From Escherichia coli (lineage in GTDB: Bacteria; Pseudomonadota; Gammaproteobacteria; Enterobacterales; Enterobacteriaceae): a stretch of 64,000 nt of DNA. Below, one piece after another: positions 10,087-19,532 of the stretch; position 1 is the stretch's first letter, and each line of letters opens with the position of its first letter. A program made the position numbers and the translations under genes. The notes under the pieces are model-generated. The model searched no databases, had not been told where the DNA came from, and saw only the letters and a list, made by a program, of their open reading frames with translations. Location of the stretch: the NCBI RefSeq assembly GCF_002854065.1, contig NZ_CP024153.1; one strand, written 5' to 3'.

Positions 10087-10768
10087 ATGAAAACCGCCAC
10101 TGCGCCGTTACCACCGCTGCGTTCGGTCAAGGTTCTGGACCAGTTGCGTGAGCGCATACGCTACTTGCATTACAGTTTACGAACCGAACAGGCTTATGTC
10201 CACTGGGTTCGTGCCTTCATCCGTTTCCACGGTGTGCGTCACCCGGCAACCTTGGGCAGCAGCGAAGTCGAGGCATTTCTGTCCTGGCTGGCGAACGAGC
10301 GCAAGGTTTCGGTCTCCACGCATCGTCAGGCATTGGCGGCCTTGCTGTTCTTCTACGGCAAGGTGCTGTGCACGGATCTGCCCTGGCTTCAGGAGATCGG
10401 AAGACCTCGGCCGTCGCGGCGCTTGCCGGTGGTGCTGACCCCGGATGAAGTGGTTCGCATCCTCGGTTTTCTGGAAGGCGAGCATCGTTTGTTCGCCCAG
10501 CTTCTGTATGGAACGGGCATGCGGATCAGTGAGGGTTTGCAACTGCGGGTCAAGGATCTGGATTTCGATCACGGCACGATCATCGTGCGGGAGGGCAAGG
10601 GCTCCAAGGATCGGGCCTTGATGTTACCCGAGAGCTTGGCACCCAGCCTGCGCGAGCAGCTGTCGCGTGCACGGGCATGGTGGCTGAAGGACCAGGCCGA
10701 GGGCCGCAGCGGCGTTGCGCTTCCCGACGCCCTTGAGCGGAAGTATCCGCGCGCCGGGCATTCCTGGC
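10087..10768 (+). pseudogene. intI1: intI1 class 1 integrase, 3'-truncated by IS26 (about 227 of 337 codons)
   Basis: [53 protein letters not shown]...; ORF runs into the IS26 terminal repeat at 10769. Confidence 0.9.
10174..10202 (-). promoter_or_regulatory. Integron Pc cassette promoter, TGGACA-N17-TAAACT (PcH1-type)
   Basis: Hexamers read on minus strand inside the intI1 5' region. Confidence 0.6.
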
Positions 10769-11588
10769 GGCACTGTTGCAAATAGTCGGTGGTGATAAAC
10801 TTATCATCCCCTTTTGCTGATGGAGCTGCACATGAACCCATTCAAAGGCCGGCATTTTCAGCGTGACATCATTCTGTGGGCCGTACGCTGGTACTGCAAA
10901 TACGGCATCAGTTACCGTGAGCTGCAGGAGATGCTGGCTGAACGCGGAGTGAATGTCGATCACTCCACGATTTACCGCTGGGTTCAGCGTTATGCGCCTG
11001 AAATGGAAAAACGGCTGCGCTGGTACTGGCGTAACCCTTCCGATCTTTGCCCGTGGCACATGGATGAAACCTACGTGAAGGTCAATGGCCGCTGGGCGTA
11101 TCTGTACCGGGCCGTCGACAGCCGGGGCCGCACTGTCGATTTTTATCTCTCCTCCCGTCGTAACAGCAAAGCTGCATACCGGTTTCTGGGTAAAATCCTC
11201 AACAACGTGAAGAAGTGGCAGATCCCGCGATTCATCAACACGGATAAAGCGCCCGCCTATGGTCGCGCGCTTGCTCTGCTCAAACGCGAAGGCCGGTGCC
11301 CGTCTGACGTTGAACACCGACAGATTAAGTACCGGAACAACGTGATTGAATGCGATCATGGCAAACTGAAACGGATAATCGGCGCCACGCTGGGATTTAA
11401 ATCCATGAAGACGGCTTACGCCACCATCAAAGGTATTGAGGTGATGCGTGCACTACGCAAAGGCCAGGCCTCAGCATTTTATTATGGTGATCCCCTGGGC
11501 GAAATGCGCCTGGTAAGCAGAGTTTTTGAAATGTAAGGCCTTTGAATAAGACAAAAGGCTGCCTCATCGCTAACTTTGCAACAGTGCC
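10769..11588 (+). mobile_element. IS26 copy 3
   Basis: 820 bp with both terminal repeats. Confidence 0.95.
10814..11536 (+). CDS. tnpA: IS26 transposase Tnp26 (Gly184 form)
   Basis: Identical 240-aa ORF. Confidence 0.95.
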   Translation: MLMELHMNPFKGRHFQRDIILWAVRWYCKYGISYRELQEMLAERGVNVDHSTIYRWVQRYAPEMEKRLRWYWRNPSDLCPWHMDETYVKVNGRWAYLYRAVDSRGRTVDFYLSSRRNSKAAYRFLGKILNNVKKWQIPRFINTDKAPAYGRALALLKREGRCPSDVEHRQIKYRNNVIECDHGKLKRIIGATLGFKSMKTAYATIKGIEVMRALRKGQASAFYYGDPLGEMRLVSRVFEM

Positions 11589-11628
11589 AGACAAAAGGCT
11601 GCCTCATCGCTAACTTTGCAACAGTGCC
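11589..11628 (+). repeat. Tandem second copy of the last 40 bp of IS26 (remnant of an earlier IS26)
   Basis: AGACAAAAGGCTGCCTCATCGCTAACTTTGCAACAGTGCC occurs twice in direct succession (11549-11588 and 11589-11628). Confidence 0.85.
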
Positions 11629-12137
11629 CCCTCCCGCACGATGATCGTGCCGTGATCGAAATCCAGATCCTTGACCCGCAGTTGCAAACCCTCACTGATC
11701 CGCATGCCCGTTCCATACAGAAGCTGGGCGAACAAACGATGCTCGCCTTCCAGAAAACCGAGGATGCGAACCACTTCATCCGGGGTCAGCACCACCGGCA
11801 AGCGCCGCGACGGCCGAGGTCTTCCGATCTCCTGAAGCCAGGGCAGATCCGTGCACAGCACCTTGCCGTAGAAGAACAGCAAGGCCGCCAATGCCTGACG
11901 ATGCGTGGAGACCGAAACCTTGCGCTCGTTCGCCAGCCAGGACAGAAATGCCTCGACTTCGCTGCTGCCCAAGGTTGCCGGGTGACGCACACCGTGGAAA
12001 CGGATGAAGGCACGAACCCAGTGGACATAAGCCTGTTCGGTTCGTAAACTGTAATGCAAGTAGCGTATGCGCTCACGCAACTGGTCCAGAACCTTGACCG
12101 AACGCAGCGGTGGTAACGGCGCAGTGGCGGTTTTCAT
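11629..12137 (-). pseudogene. intI1: intI1 class 1 integrase, 3'-truncated at a different point (about 170 codons retained)
   Basis: Same N-terminus as the other intI1, ends ...[12 protein letters not shown] then IS26-end sequence. Confidence 0.9.
12022..12050 (+). promoter_or_regulatory. Integron Pc cassette promoter, TGGACA-N17-TAAACT (PcH1-type)
   Basis: Hexamers read directly in the 5'-CS. Confidence 0.6.
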
Positions 12138-12211
12138 GGCTTGTTATGACTGTTTTTTTGTACAGTCTATGCCTCGGGCATCCAAGCAGCAAGCGCGTTA
12201 CGCCGTGGGTC

Positions 12212-12277
12212 GATGTTTGATGTTATGGAGCAGCAACGATGTTACGCAGCAGGGCAGTCGCCCTAAAACAAAGTTAG
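12212..12277 (+). other. attI1 recombination site of integron B (approximate)
   Basis: 5'-CS ...GCCCTAAAACAAAG/TTAG junction with the dfrA12 cassette. Confidence 0.5.
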
Positions 12278-12281
12278 CCAT

Positions 12282-12779
12282 ATGAACTCGGAATCAGTAC
12301 GCATTTATCTCGTTGCTGCGATGGGAGCCAATCGGGTTATTGGCAATGGTCCTAATATCCCCTGGAAAATTCCGGGTGAGCAGAAGATTTTTCGCAGACT
12401 CACTGAGGGAAAAGTCGTTGTCATGGGGCGAAAGACCTTTGAGTCTATCGGCAAGCCTCTACCGAACCGTCACACATTGGTAATCTCACGCCAAGCTAAC
12501 TACCGCGCCACTGGCTGCGTAGTTGTTTCAACGCTGTCGCACGCTATCGCTTTGGCATCCGAACTCGGCAATGAACTCTACGTCGCGGGCGGAGCTGAGA
12601 TATACACTCTGGCACTACCTCACGCCCACGGCGTGTTTCTATCTGAGGTACATCAAACCTTCGAGGGTGACGCCTTCTTCCCAATGCTCAACGAAACAGA
12701 ATTCGAGCTTGTCTCAACCGAAACCATTCAAGCTGTAATTCCGTACACCCACTCCGTTTATGCGCGTCGAAACGGCTAA
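12282..12779 (+). CDS. dfrA12: DfrA12 trimethoprim-resistant dihydrofolate reductase (cassette)
   Basis: 165 aa MNSESVRIYLVAAMGANRVIGNGPNIPWKIPGEQKIFRRLTEGKVVVMGRKTFESIG... Confidence 0.93.
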   Translation: MNSESVRIYLVAAMGANRVIGNGPNIPWKIPGEQKIFRRLTEGKVVVMGRKTFESIGKPLPNRHTLVISRQANYRATGCVVVSTLSHAIALASELGNELYVAGGAEIYTLALPHAHGVFLSEVHQTFEGDAFFPMLNETEFELVSTETIQAVIPYTHSVYARRNG

Positions 12780-12890
12780 CCATTCCGTCAACGGGACGCC
12801 AAAATGCTGCGCATTTTGGTTCCCTCCGCTGCGCTCCGGCTCTCGTTACGTCCAACGTTAGCACCACTGAAACCCAGCTTTATTTAGCTC

Positions 12891-13181
12891 ATGTTTATTC
12901 AAACGGCATTTAGCTTTTCAGGCGTTATTCAGTGCCTGTTTTGCCTTTTTTCCGGGCTTCGCCTGCATGGGCTGCGCAGGTTTTCAGTCTTTTTGGCCTC
13001 TAGCCCTTGCGTAGCAAGCGCAAGCAGCTATCGTTTTTGCAGTGCTGTGCCGCCTCGGTGGCGCAGCGTTTTTTCACGGTTAGCGCCCGTCGCCAAATTC
13101 AAGTTATCCGTTTTGGCTTCTGGTTCTAACATTTCGGTCAAGCCGACCCGCATTCTGCGGTCGGCTTACCTCGCCCGTTAG
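12891..13181 (+). CDS. gcuF: gcuF/orfF gene cassette of unknown function
   Basis: 96-aa ORF between dfrA12 and aadA2, the position of the classic array. Confidence 0.75.
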   Translation: MFIQTAFSFSGVIQCLFCLFSGLRLHGLRRFSVFLASSPCVASASSYRFCSAVPPRWRSVFSRLAPVAKFKLSVLASGSNISVKPTRILRSAYLAR

Positions 13182-13186
13182 ACATC

Positions 13187-13978
13187 ATGAGGGAAGCGGT
13201 GACCATCGAAATTTCGAACCAACTATCAGAGGTGCTAAGCGTCATTGAGCGCCATCTGGAATCAACGTTGCTGGCCGTGCATTTGTACGGCTCCGCAGTG
13301 GATGGCGGCCTGAAGCCATACAGCGATATTGATTTGTTGGTTACTGTGGCCGTAAAGCTTGATGAAACGACGCGGCGAGCATTGCTCAATGACCTTATGG
13401 AGGCTTCGGCTTTCCCTGGCGAGAGCGAGACGCTCCGCGCTATAGAAGTCACCCTTGTCGTGCATGACGACATCATCCCGTGGCGTTATCCGGCTAAGCG
13501 CGAGCTGCAATTTGGAGAATGGCAGCGCAATGACATTCTTGCGGGTATCTTCGAGCCAGCCATGATCGACATTGATCTAGCTATCCTGCTTACAAAAGCA
13601 AGAGAACATAGCGTTGCCTTGGTAGGTCCGGCAGCGGAGGAATTCTTTGACCCGGTTCCTGAACAGGATCTATTCGAGGCGCTGAGGGAAACCTTGAAGC
13701 TATGGAACTCGCAGCCCGACTGGGCCGGCGATGAGCGAAATGTAGTGCTTACGTTGTCCCGCATTTGGTACAGCGCAATAACCGGCAAAATCGCGCCGAA
13801 GGATGTCGCTGCCGACTGGGCAATAAAACGCCTACCTGCCCAGTATCAGCCCGTCTTACTTGAAGCTAAGCAAGCTTATCTGGGACAAAAAGAAGATCAC
13901 TTGGCCTCACGCGCAGATCACTTGGAAGAATTTATTCGCTTTGTGAAAGGCGAGATCATCAAGTCAGTTGGTAAATGA
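13187..13978 (+). CDS. aadA2: AadA2 streptomycin/spectinomycin adenylyltransferase ANT(3'')-Ia family (cassette)
   Basis: 263 aa MREAVTIEISNQLSEVLSVIERHLESTLLAVHLYGSAVDGGLKPYSDIDLLVTV... Confidence 0.93.
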   Translation: MREAVTIEISNQLSEVLSVIERHLESTLLAVHLYGSAVDGGLKPYSDIDLLVTVAVKLDETTRRALLNDLMEASAFPGESETLRAIEVTLVVHDDIIPWRYPAKRELQFGEWQRNDILAGIFEPAMIDIDLAILLTKAREHSVALVGPAAEEFFDPVPEQDLFEALRETLKLWNSQPDWAGDERNVVLTLSRIWYSAITGKIAPKDVAADWAIKRLPAQYQPVLLEAKQAYLGQKEDHLASRADHLEEFIRFVKGEIIKSVGK

Positions 13979-14032
13979 TGTCTAACAATTCGTTCAAGCC
14001 GACCGCGCTACGCGCGGCGGCTTAACTCCGGC

Positions 14033-14132
14033 GTTAGATGCACTAAGCACATAATTGCTCACAGCCAAACTATCAGGTCAAGTCTGCTTTTATTATTTTT
14101 AAGCGTGCATAATAAGCCCTACACAAATTGGG
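14033..14132 (+). other. First ~100 bp of the class 1 integron 3'-CS, cut before qacEdelta1
   Basis: Same sequence as 6760-6858 (inverted) up to ...ACACAAATTGGG, then unrelated low-GC DNA. Confidence 0.8.
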
Positions 14133-14462
14133 TAAAACCGCAAGAACTGTAATTATGAATTTGTCAGAAAACTATCCGTACAAGGAAGTGTATGAAAAAT
14201 GTCTGGTATAATAAAGATATCATCTTGAAAATCGAGTGTTGCTCTGTGGATAACTTGCAGGGTTTAATAAGTATCTTTACTCAAAAGTTGCAATCAATAA
14301 TTTATTGAAAAAGATTGAAAGGTGGTGGTAAATAATGTTACAATGTGGGAGTATCAGTTTAAATTCTTCGTGAAATAGTGTTCTTTTAAGCTAATAAAAA
14401 ATGCACGTGGAATTTAGGTCAAAGAAAAGTAAAGAAAAATTTATTTATGGAGGTAAAAAAGG

Positions 14463-14855
14463 ATGAGTCAAGTTGTTGATTTTTTAAATGAAGCAAAAAC
14501 TTTTTATTTTGCAACCGTTGAAGGAGACCAGCCAAGGGTCAGACCGTTTAATGCAGCCATGGAGAGGAATGGCAAGGTCTATCTTGGTACAACCAATCAG
14601 AAAAAAGTTTATCAGCAGTTATTGGCAAATTCAAAGGTGGAAGTCTCAGGTATGGCAAAAGGAAAATGGATTCGGCTCACCGGCGAAGCCGTAATTGATG
14701 ATACCGTGGAAGCAAGGGAAGCAATGCTTGAAGCAAATCCGCCTTTGAGAGATTGGTATAGCGCTGATGATGGGAAATTCACCGTATTTTATTTGAAAAA
14801 CATGCAGGCAGTTTTATATTCCTTTACAGGAGATCCGGAGATATTAGATAATTAA
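14463..14855 (+). CDS. Pyridoxamine-5'-phosphate-oxidase-like FMN-binding family protein (hypothetical) in low-GC segment
   Basis: 130-aa ORF with AT-rich upstream region and RBS-like GGAGG; family assignment by general sequence character, unverified. Confidence 0.5.
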   Translation: MSQVVDFLNEAKTFYFATVEGDQPRVRPFNAAMERNGKVYLGTTNQKKVYQQLLANSKVEVSGMAKGKWIRLTGEAVIDDTVEAREAMLEANPPLRDWYSADDGKFTVFYLKNMQAVLYSFTGDPEILDN

Positions 14856-15095
14856 TCAAAACATGCAGCCCAGTGGTAGAATGAACTGACCCCCATAAGT
14901 TAGACCAAAAATCTAACTTATGGGAGGTCATTTTTTATGGCAAAATACAGTTATGAATTTAAGTTACAAGTTGTTCAAGCATATTTAGATTTTTATTTTG
15001 TCCGTTTTGTCTAGCTTACCGAAAGCCAGACTCAGCAAGAATAAAATTTTTATTGTCTTTCGGTTTTCTAGTGTAACGGACAAAACCACTCAAAA

Positions 15096-15133
15096 TAAAA
15101 AAGATACAAGAGAGGTCTCTCGTATCTTTTATT
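15096..15133 (-). terminator. Bidirectional hairpin terminator downstream of bleO
   Basis: A-run, stem GATACAAGAGAG/CTCTCGTATC, T-run read directly. Confidence 0.5.
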
Positions 15134-15174
15134 CAGCAATCGCGCCCGATTGCTGAACAGATTAATAATAGATT

Positions 15175-15552
15175 TTAGCTTTTTATTTGTTGAAAAAAGC
15201 TAATCAAATTGTTGTCGGGATCAATTACTGCAAAGTCTCGTTCATCCCACCACTGATCTTTTAATGATGTATTGGGGTGCAAAATGCCCAAAGGCTTAAT
15301 ATGTTGATATAATTCATCAATTCCCTCTACTTCAATGCGGCAACTAGCAGTACCAGCAATAAACGACTCCGCACCTGTACAAACCGGTGAATCATTACTA
15401 CGAGAGCGCCAGCCTTCATCACTTGCCTCCCATAGATGAATCCGAACCTCATTACACATTAGAACTGCGAATCCATCTTCATGGTGAACCAAAGTGAAAC
15501 CTAGTTTATCGCAATAAAAACCTATACTCTTTTTAATATCCCCGACTGGCAA
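15175..15552 (-). CDS. bleO: Bleomycin-binding protein, glyoxalase/VOC fold (BleO-like, Gram-positive type)
   Basis: 125 aa MPVGDIKKSIGFYCDKLGFTLVHHEDGFAVLMCNEVRIHLWEASDEGW... matches recalled pUB110-type Ble. Confidence 0.75.
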   Translation of the reverse strand: MPVGDIKKSIGFYCDKLGFTLVHHEDGFAVLMCNEVRIHLWEASDEGWRSRSNDSPVCTGAESFIAGTASCRIEVEGIDELYQHIKPLGILHPNTSLKDQWWDERDFAVIDPDNNLISFFQQIKS

Positions 15553-15648
15553 TGCCGGGATAGACTATTATTCTCCCCGGAGCCACTACGCTGACCCGGT
15601 TGATTTCAGAGGTAAGGGAAAAGGCGACGTTGCGCCTGTGGAACAAAC

Positions 15649-16470
15649 GGCACTGTTGCAAAGTTAGCGATGAGGCAGCCTTTTGTCTTATTCAAAGGCC
15701 TTACATTTCAAAAACTCTGCTTACCAGGCGCATTTCGCCCAGGGGATCACCATAATAAAATGCTGAGGCCTGGCCTTTGCGTAGTGCACGCATCACCTCA
15801 ATACCTTTGATGGTGGCGTAAGCCGTCTTCATGGATTTAAATCCCAGCGTGGCGTTGATTATCCGTTTCAGTTTGCCATGATCGCATTCAATCACGTTGT
15901 TCCGGTACTTAATCTGTCGGTGTTCAACGTCAGACGGGCACCGGCCTTCGCGTTTTGAGCAGAGCAAGCGCGCGACCATAGGCGGGCGCTTTATCCGTGT
16001 TGATGAATCGTGGGAATCTGCCACTTCTTCACGTTGTTGAGGATTTTACCCAGAAACCGGTATGCAGCTTTGCTGTTACGACGGGAGGAGAGATAAAAAT
16101 CGACAGTGCGGCCCCGGCTGTCGACGGCCCGGTACAGATACGCCCAGCGGCCATTGACCTTCACGTAGGTTTCATCCATGTGCCACGGGCAAAGATCGGA
16201 AGGGTTACGCCAGTACCAGCGCAGCCGTTTTTCCATTTCAGGCGCATAACGCTGAACCCAGCGGTAAATCGTGGAGTGATCGACATTCACTCCGCGTTCA
16301 GCCAGCATCTCCTGCAGCTCACGGTAACTGATGCCGTATTTGCAGTACCAGCGTACGGCCCACAGAATGATGTCACGCTGAAAATGCCGGCCTTTGAATG
16401 GGTTCATGTGCAGCTCCATCAGCAAAAGGGGATGATAAGTTTATCACCACCGACTATTTGCAACAGTGCC
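15649..16470 (-). mobile_element. IS26 copy 4 (822 bp; two 1-bp insertions)
   Basis: Both terminal repeats present; extra A at about 16010 (GGGAATCTG vs GGGATCTG) and extra T at about 15953 (GCGTTTTGAGC vs GCGTTTGAGC). Confidence 0.95.
15701..16425 (-). pseudogene. tnpA: IS26 tnpA disrupted by frameshift (split into 144-aa and 107-aa ORFs; Asn184 form)
   Basis: ORFs 15991-16425 and 15701-16024 together cover Tnp26 with a frame change between them. Confidence 0.85.
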
Positions 16471-16584
16471 TAAAAATCGACCATACAGAGAGGGAAACCA
16501 CCGGAGTGGTGGGAAAAGCAGAAAGGCTCACGTGGCATAAGGCGTGGACAATGGTATCGACTGGTTTTTCAATTTCCTATACGT
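16471..16584. repeat. 114-bp fragment identical (inverted) to the 3'-side end of the IS91-family element at 23324-23437
   Basis: Reverse complement of 16471-16584 matches 23324-23437; abuts the IS26 end on one side and GTTC-containing flank on the other. Confidence 0.8.
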
Positions 16585-16673
16585 GAACTATTGAAGTAAT
16601 CAATCAAATTTTATAGGCTGATAGCCAAGTAACAACCACCAATGATATGCCAGGTAAAATCAGGGGACGTAAA

Positions 16674-18110
16674 ATGAGTACTCTTGATGTTCAGAAGCTC
16701 AAGGATGATGCCGTCGAATGGGCCTTAACTCATGGTGTTGCTTTCAAGGAATCGTCGTATTCCGCAGTGCATACCCCGTTTACCCTGACACCAACACCTA
16801 TCAGCCGTAAATCCTATCAGTACTTAAAGAATGCAACAGGAATACTCAGCAAATTAATCTATTCAGTTTCTGAGGATCATGATTTTTTGTACTCTGCGAT
16901 TTATCCCATCAAGGCCGGGAATGCCTTCTTTTCAGCCCTCCTGAACATGCATCAACAAATCCATTCATCATCAAGGCATGCTCCTCGATTACCATTACTC
17001 ATTATGCGTAGCGACTTTATGGATGATAATCGTGATGGGTTCAGGCTTATAGAGTTCAATGGTATAGCTGCAGGAATGGGGCCGTTTGGTCAGCGGATAC
17101 ATGATCTGCATCACTATCTACAACGGCAATATCCCGCTGTCTTTTCTGATTTATCGAATCAGGCAACAGGGGCGCTTGTCGACAATCAAGCGATCGAAGG
17201 GTTATCAGCAGCGATTTGTCAGGCAACTTGCAGAATTAAGCAGGAGTTCGGAGACCCCGGCCCTGCCAGGTTCCTGATGATTGTGCAGGAGAATGAAAAT
17301 AATGTGTTTGATCAACACTTGCTTGAGCTCGCCCTCCAGCAAAAAGGAATCGAAACGCATCGCAGGACTTTTCGTGAACTGCATAATCAATTGAGTACAG
17401 GCGCCGACAACAGGCTCATTCTCGAGGGTGTAGGCCCACTTGATACCGTCTACTTACGTGCCGGATATCAGTATTCTGATTATGAAGCATTCAATATCGA
17501 TGAGCAGGAGTGTTGTCAGGCGCTGATGGCGACCCGAGTATTCATTGAGCAGCACCGGGTTGCAGTGAACGCCACAGTTGGCCAGCAACTGGCGACCAGC
17601 AAGCGAGTACAAATGCTGCTCTCGCAATTGGGTTACGACGAGTTTGTCGCATTTGGATTAACACTGCAGGAAGCTAAAATAGCAAAAACGATACTGGGTG
17701 AGATGTTACCCATCAGCCCGGATAGTATCAACCTTGCAAAAGAGTCTCCTTCGGAAACCTGGGTTCTCAAAAATCAGGGTGAAGGCGGGGGGCATTGTCT
17801 GTTTGGTGCGGATATCCTGACAAAACTGACGGAACTCACTCCACAACAATATCAGTCCTGGTCGCTGATGCGCCGTTTACACCCTCAGCCCCGAGCTATG
17901 CCCACCTTGATTGTGCGTAAAGGGGAGTTGCATAAGGTGAATGATTTGATAAGCGAACTTGGAATGTTCTCCGTGCAGACAGATAACAATCCCTCCAGTG
18001 CTGAGCACAGTTTTGCTGGATATCTAATTCGTAGCAAATCAGCTGAATCGACAGAGGGAGGGGTCCATAGTGGACAAGGTGTTTTAGACTCGCTGGTATA
18101 CAGCGATTAG
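16674..18110 (+). CDS. Eukaryotic-type glutathione synthetase-like ATP-grasp protein (ORF track start 16647)
   Basis: Blocks resembling recalled human GSS: TPFTLTPT, IEFNGIAAGMGP, LMIVQENENNVFDQ...IETHRRTFREL, VYLRAGYQ, KNQGEGGGHCLFG. Confidence 0.7.
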   Translation: MSTLDVQKLKDDAVEWALTHGVAFKESSYSAVHTPFTLTPTPISRKSYQYLKNATGILSKLIYSVSEDHDFLYSAIYPIKAGNAFFSALLNMHQQIHSSSRHAPRLPLLIMRSDFMDDNRDGFRLIEFNGIAAGMGPFGQRIHDLHHYLQRQYPAVFSDLSNQATGALVDNQAIEGLSAAICQATCRIKQEFGDPGPARFLMIVQENENNVFDQHLLELALQQKGIETHRRTFRELHNQLSTGADNRLILEGVGPLDTVYLRAGYQYSDYEAFNIDEQECCQALMATRVFIEQHRVAVNATVGQQLATSKRVQMLLSQLGYDEFVAFGLTLQEAKIAKTILGEMLPISPDSINLAKESPSETWVLKNQGEGGGHCLFGADILTKLTELTPQQYQSWSLMRRLHPQPRAMPTLIVRKGELHKVNDLISELGMFSVQTDNNPSSAEHSFAGYLIRSKSAESTEGGVHSGQGVLDSLVYSD

Positions 18111-18527
18111 TCCCTTTCAAGGGGGCTGAAATCTGGTTATATGAAAGCATGCGGTAAGTGGTGTTTTAGCCCCAGTGGAGATGATGCTGTTTCTAGACTG
18201 AGTCGTAGTAAGCTAATAATAGTATTATAAATGAAGCCATGAGGGTATTTACAGGGCATATCTTATTAAGGGAACAACAGCAAAAACTGCTGCTATAAGA
18301 GGCTGCACCCAAAGTTCTTCAAGGTTCACATCATCGCTGCTGGGTCGATGCTGTTTCAGTTACGGGTCAATTTTCAATACCATTAGCTGTTCCTGTGACT
18401 ACGGTCATTACGCGCTGTCGACATCAATTTGTACAGCAAACAGTCTTAGCGTGGGATATTTAATGAGATGGTCACTCCCTCCTTCCCGGTACTATGCTGA
18501 GGATAGGCTTTCATTCGGAGAACTATC

Positions 18528-19532
18528 ATGGAAAACATTGCGCTCATTGGTATCGATCTGGGTAAAAACTCTTTCCATATTCATTGCCAAGATCGTCGCG
18601 GCAAGGCTGTTTACCGTAAAAAATTTACACGGCCAAAGTTAATCGAATTTTTGGCGACATGCCCCGCTACAACCATCGCAATGGAAGCCTGTGGTGGCTC
18701 TCACTTTATGGCACGCAAGTTGGAAGAGTTGGGGCATTTTCCTAAGCTGATATCACCACAATTTGTCCGTCCATTCGTTAAAAGTAACAAAAACGACTTT
18801 GTCGACGCCGAAGCTATTTGTGAAGCTGCATCGCGTCCGTCTATGCGTTTTGTACAGCCCAGAACTGAATCTCAGCAGGCAATGCGTGCGCTGCATCGTG
18901 TCCGTGAATCCCTGGTTCAGGATAAGGTAAAAACAACCAATCAGATGCATGCTTTTCTGCTGGAATTTGGCATCAGCGTTCCACGAGGAGCTGCCGTTAT
19001 TAGCCGACTGAGTACCCTTCTTGAGGACAATAGTTTGCCTCTATACCTCAGCCAGTTATTGCTGAAATTACAACAGCATTATCACTATCTTGTTGAGCAG
19101 ATTAAAGATTTGGAATCCCAGTTGAAACGAAAGTTGGACGAAGATGAGATTGGACAGCGCTTGCTGAGCATTCCCTGCGTCGGAACACTGACAGCGAGTA
19201 CTATTTCAACTGAGATTGGCGACGGGAAGCAGTACGCCAGCAGTCGTGACTTTGCGGCGGCAACAGGGCTAGTGCCTCGACAGTACAGCACGGGAGGTCG
19301 GACGACATTGCTGGGAATTAGTAAGCGAGGTAACAAAAAGATCCGAACTTTGTTGGTTCAATGTGCCAGGGTATTCATACAAAAACTGGAACACCAGTCT
19401 GGCAAATTGGCCGATTGGGTCAGGGATCTACTGTGTAGGAAAAGCAACTTTGTCGTCACTTGTGCTCTGGCAAACAAGCTGGCCAGAATAGCCTGGGCCC
19501 TAACGGCACGACAGCAAACTTATGTAGCATAA
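18528..19532 (+). CDS. IS110-family (DEDD) transposase/recombinase
   Basis: 334 aa MENIALIGIDLGKNSFHIHCQD... N-terminal RuvC-like DEDD character and C-terminal ...GISKRGNKKIRTLLVQCA... motif typical of the IS110 family. Confidence 0.85.
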   Translation: MENIALIGIDLGKNSFHIHCQDRRGKAVYRKKFTRPKLIEFLATCPATTIAMEACGGSHFMARKLEELGHFPKLISPQFVRPFVKSNKNDFVDAEAICEAASRPSMRFVQPRTESQQAMRALHRVRESLVQDKVKTTNQMHAFLLEFGISVPRGAAVISRLSTLLEDNSLPLYLSQLLLKLQQHYHYLVEQIKDLESQLKRKLDEDEIGQRLLSIPCVGTLTASTISTEIGDGKQYASSRDFAAATGLVPRQYSTGGRTTLLGISKRGNKKIRTLLVQCARVFIQKLEHQSGKLADWVRDLLCRKSNFVVTCALANKLARIAWALTARQQTYVA

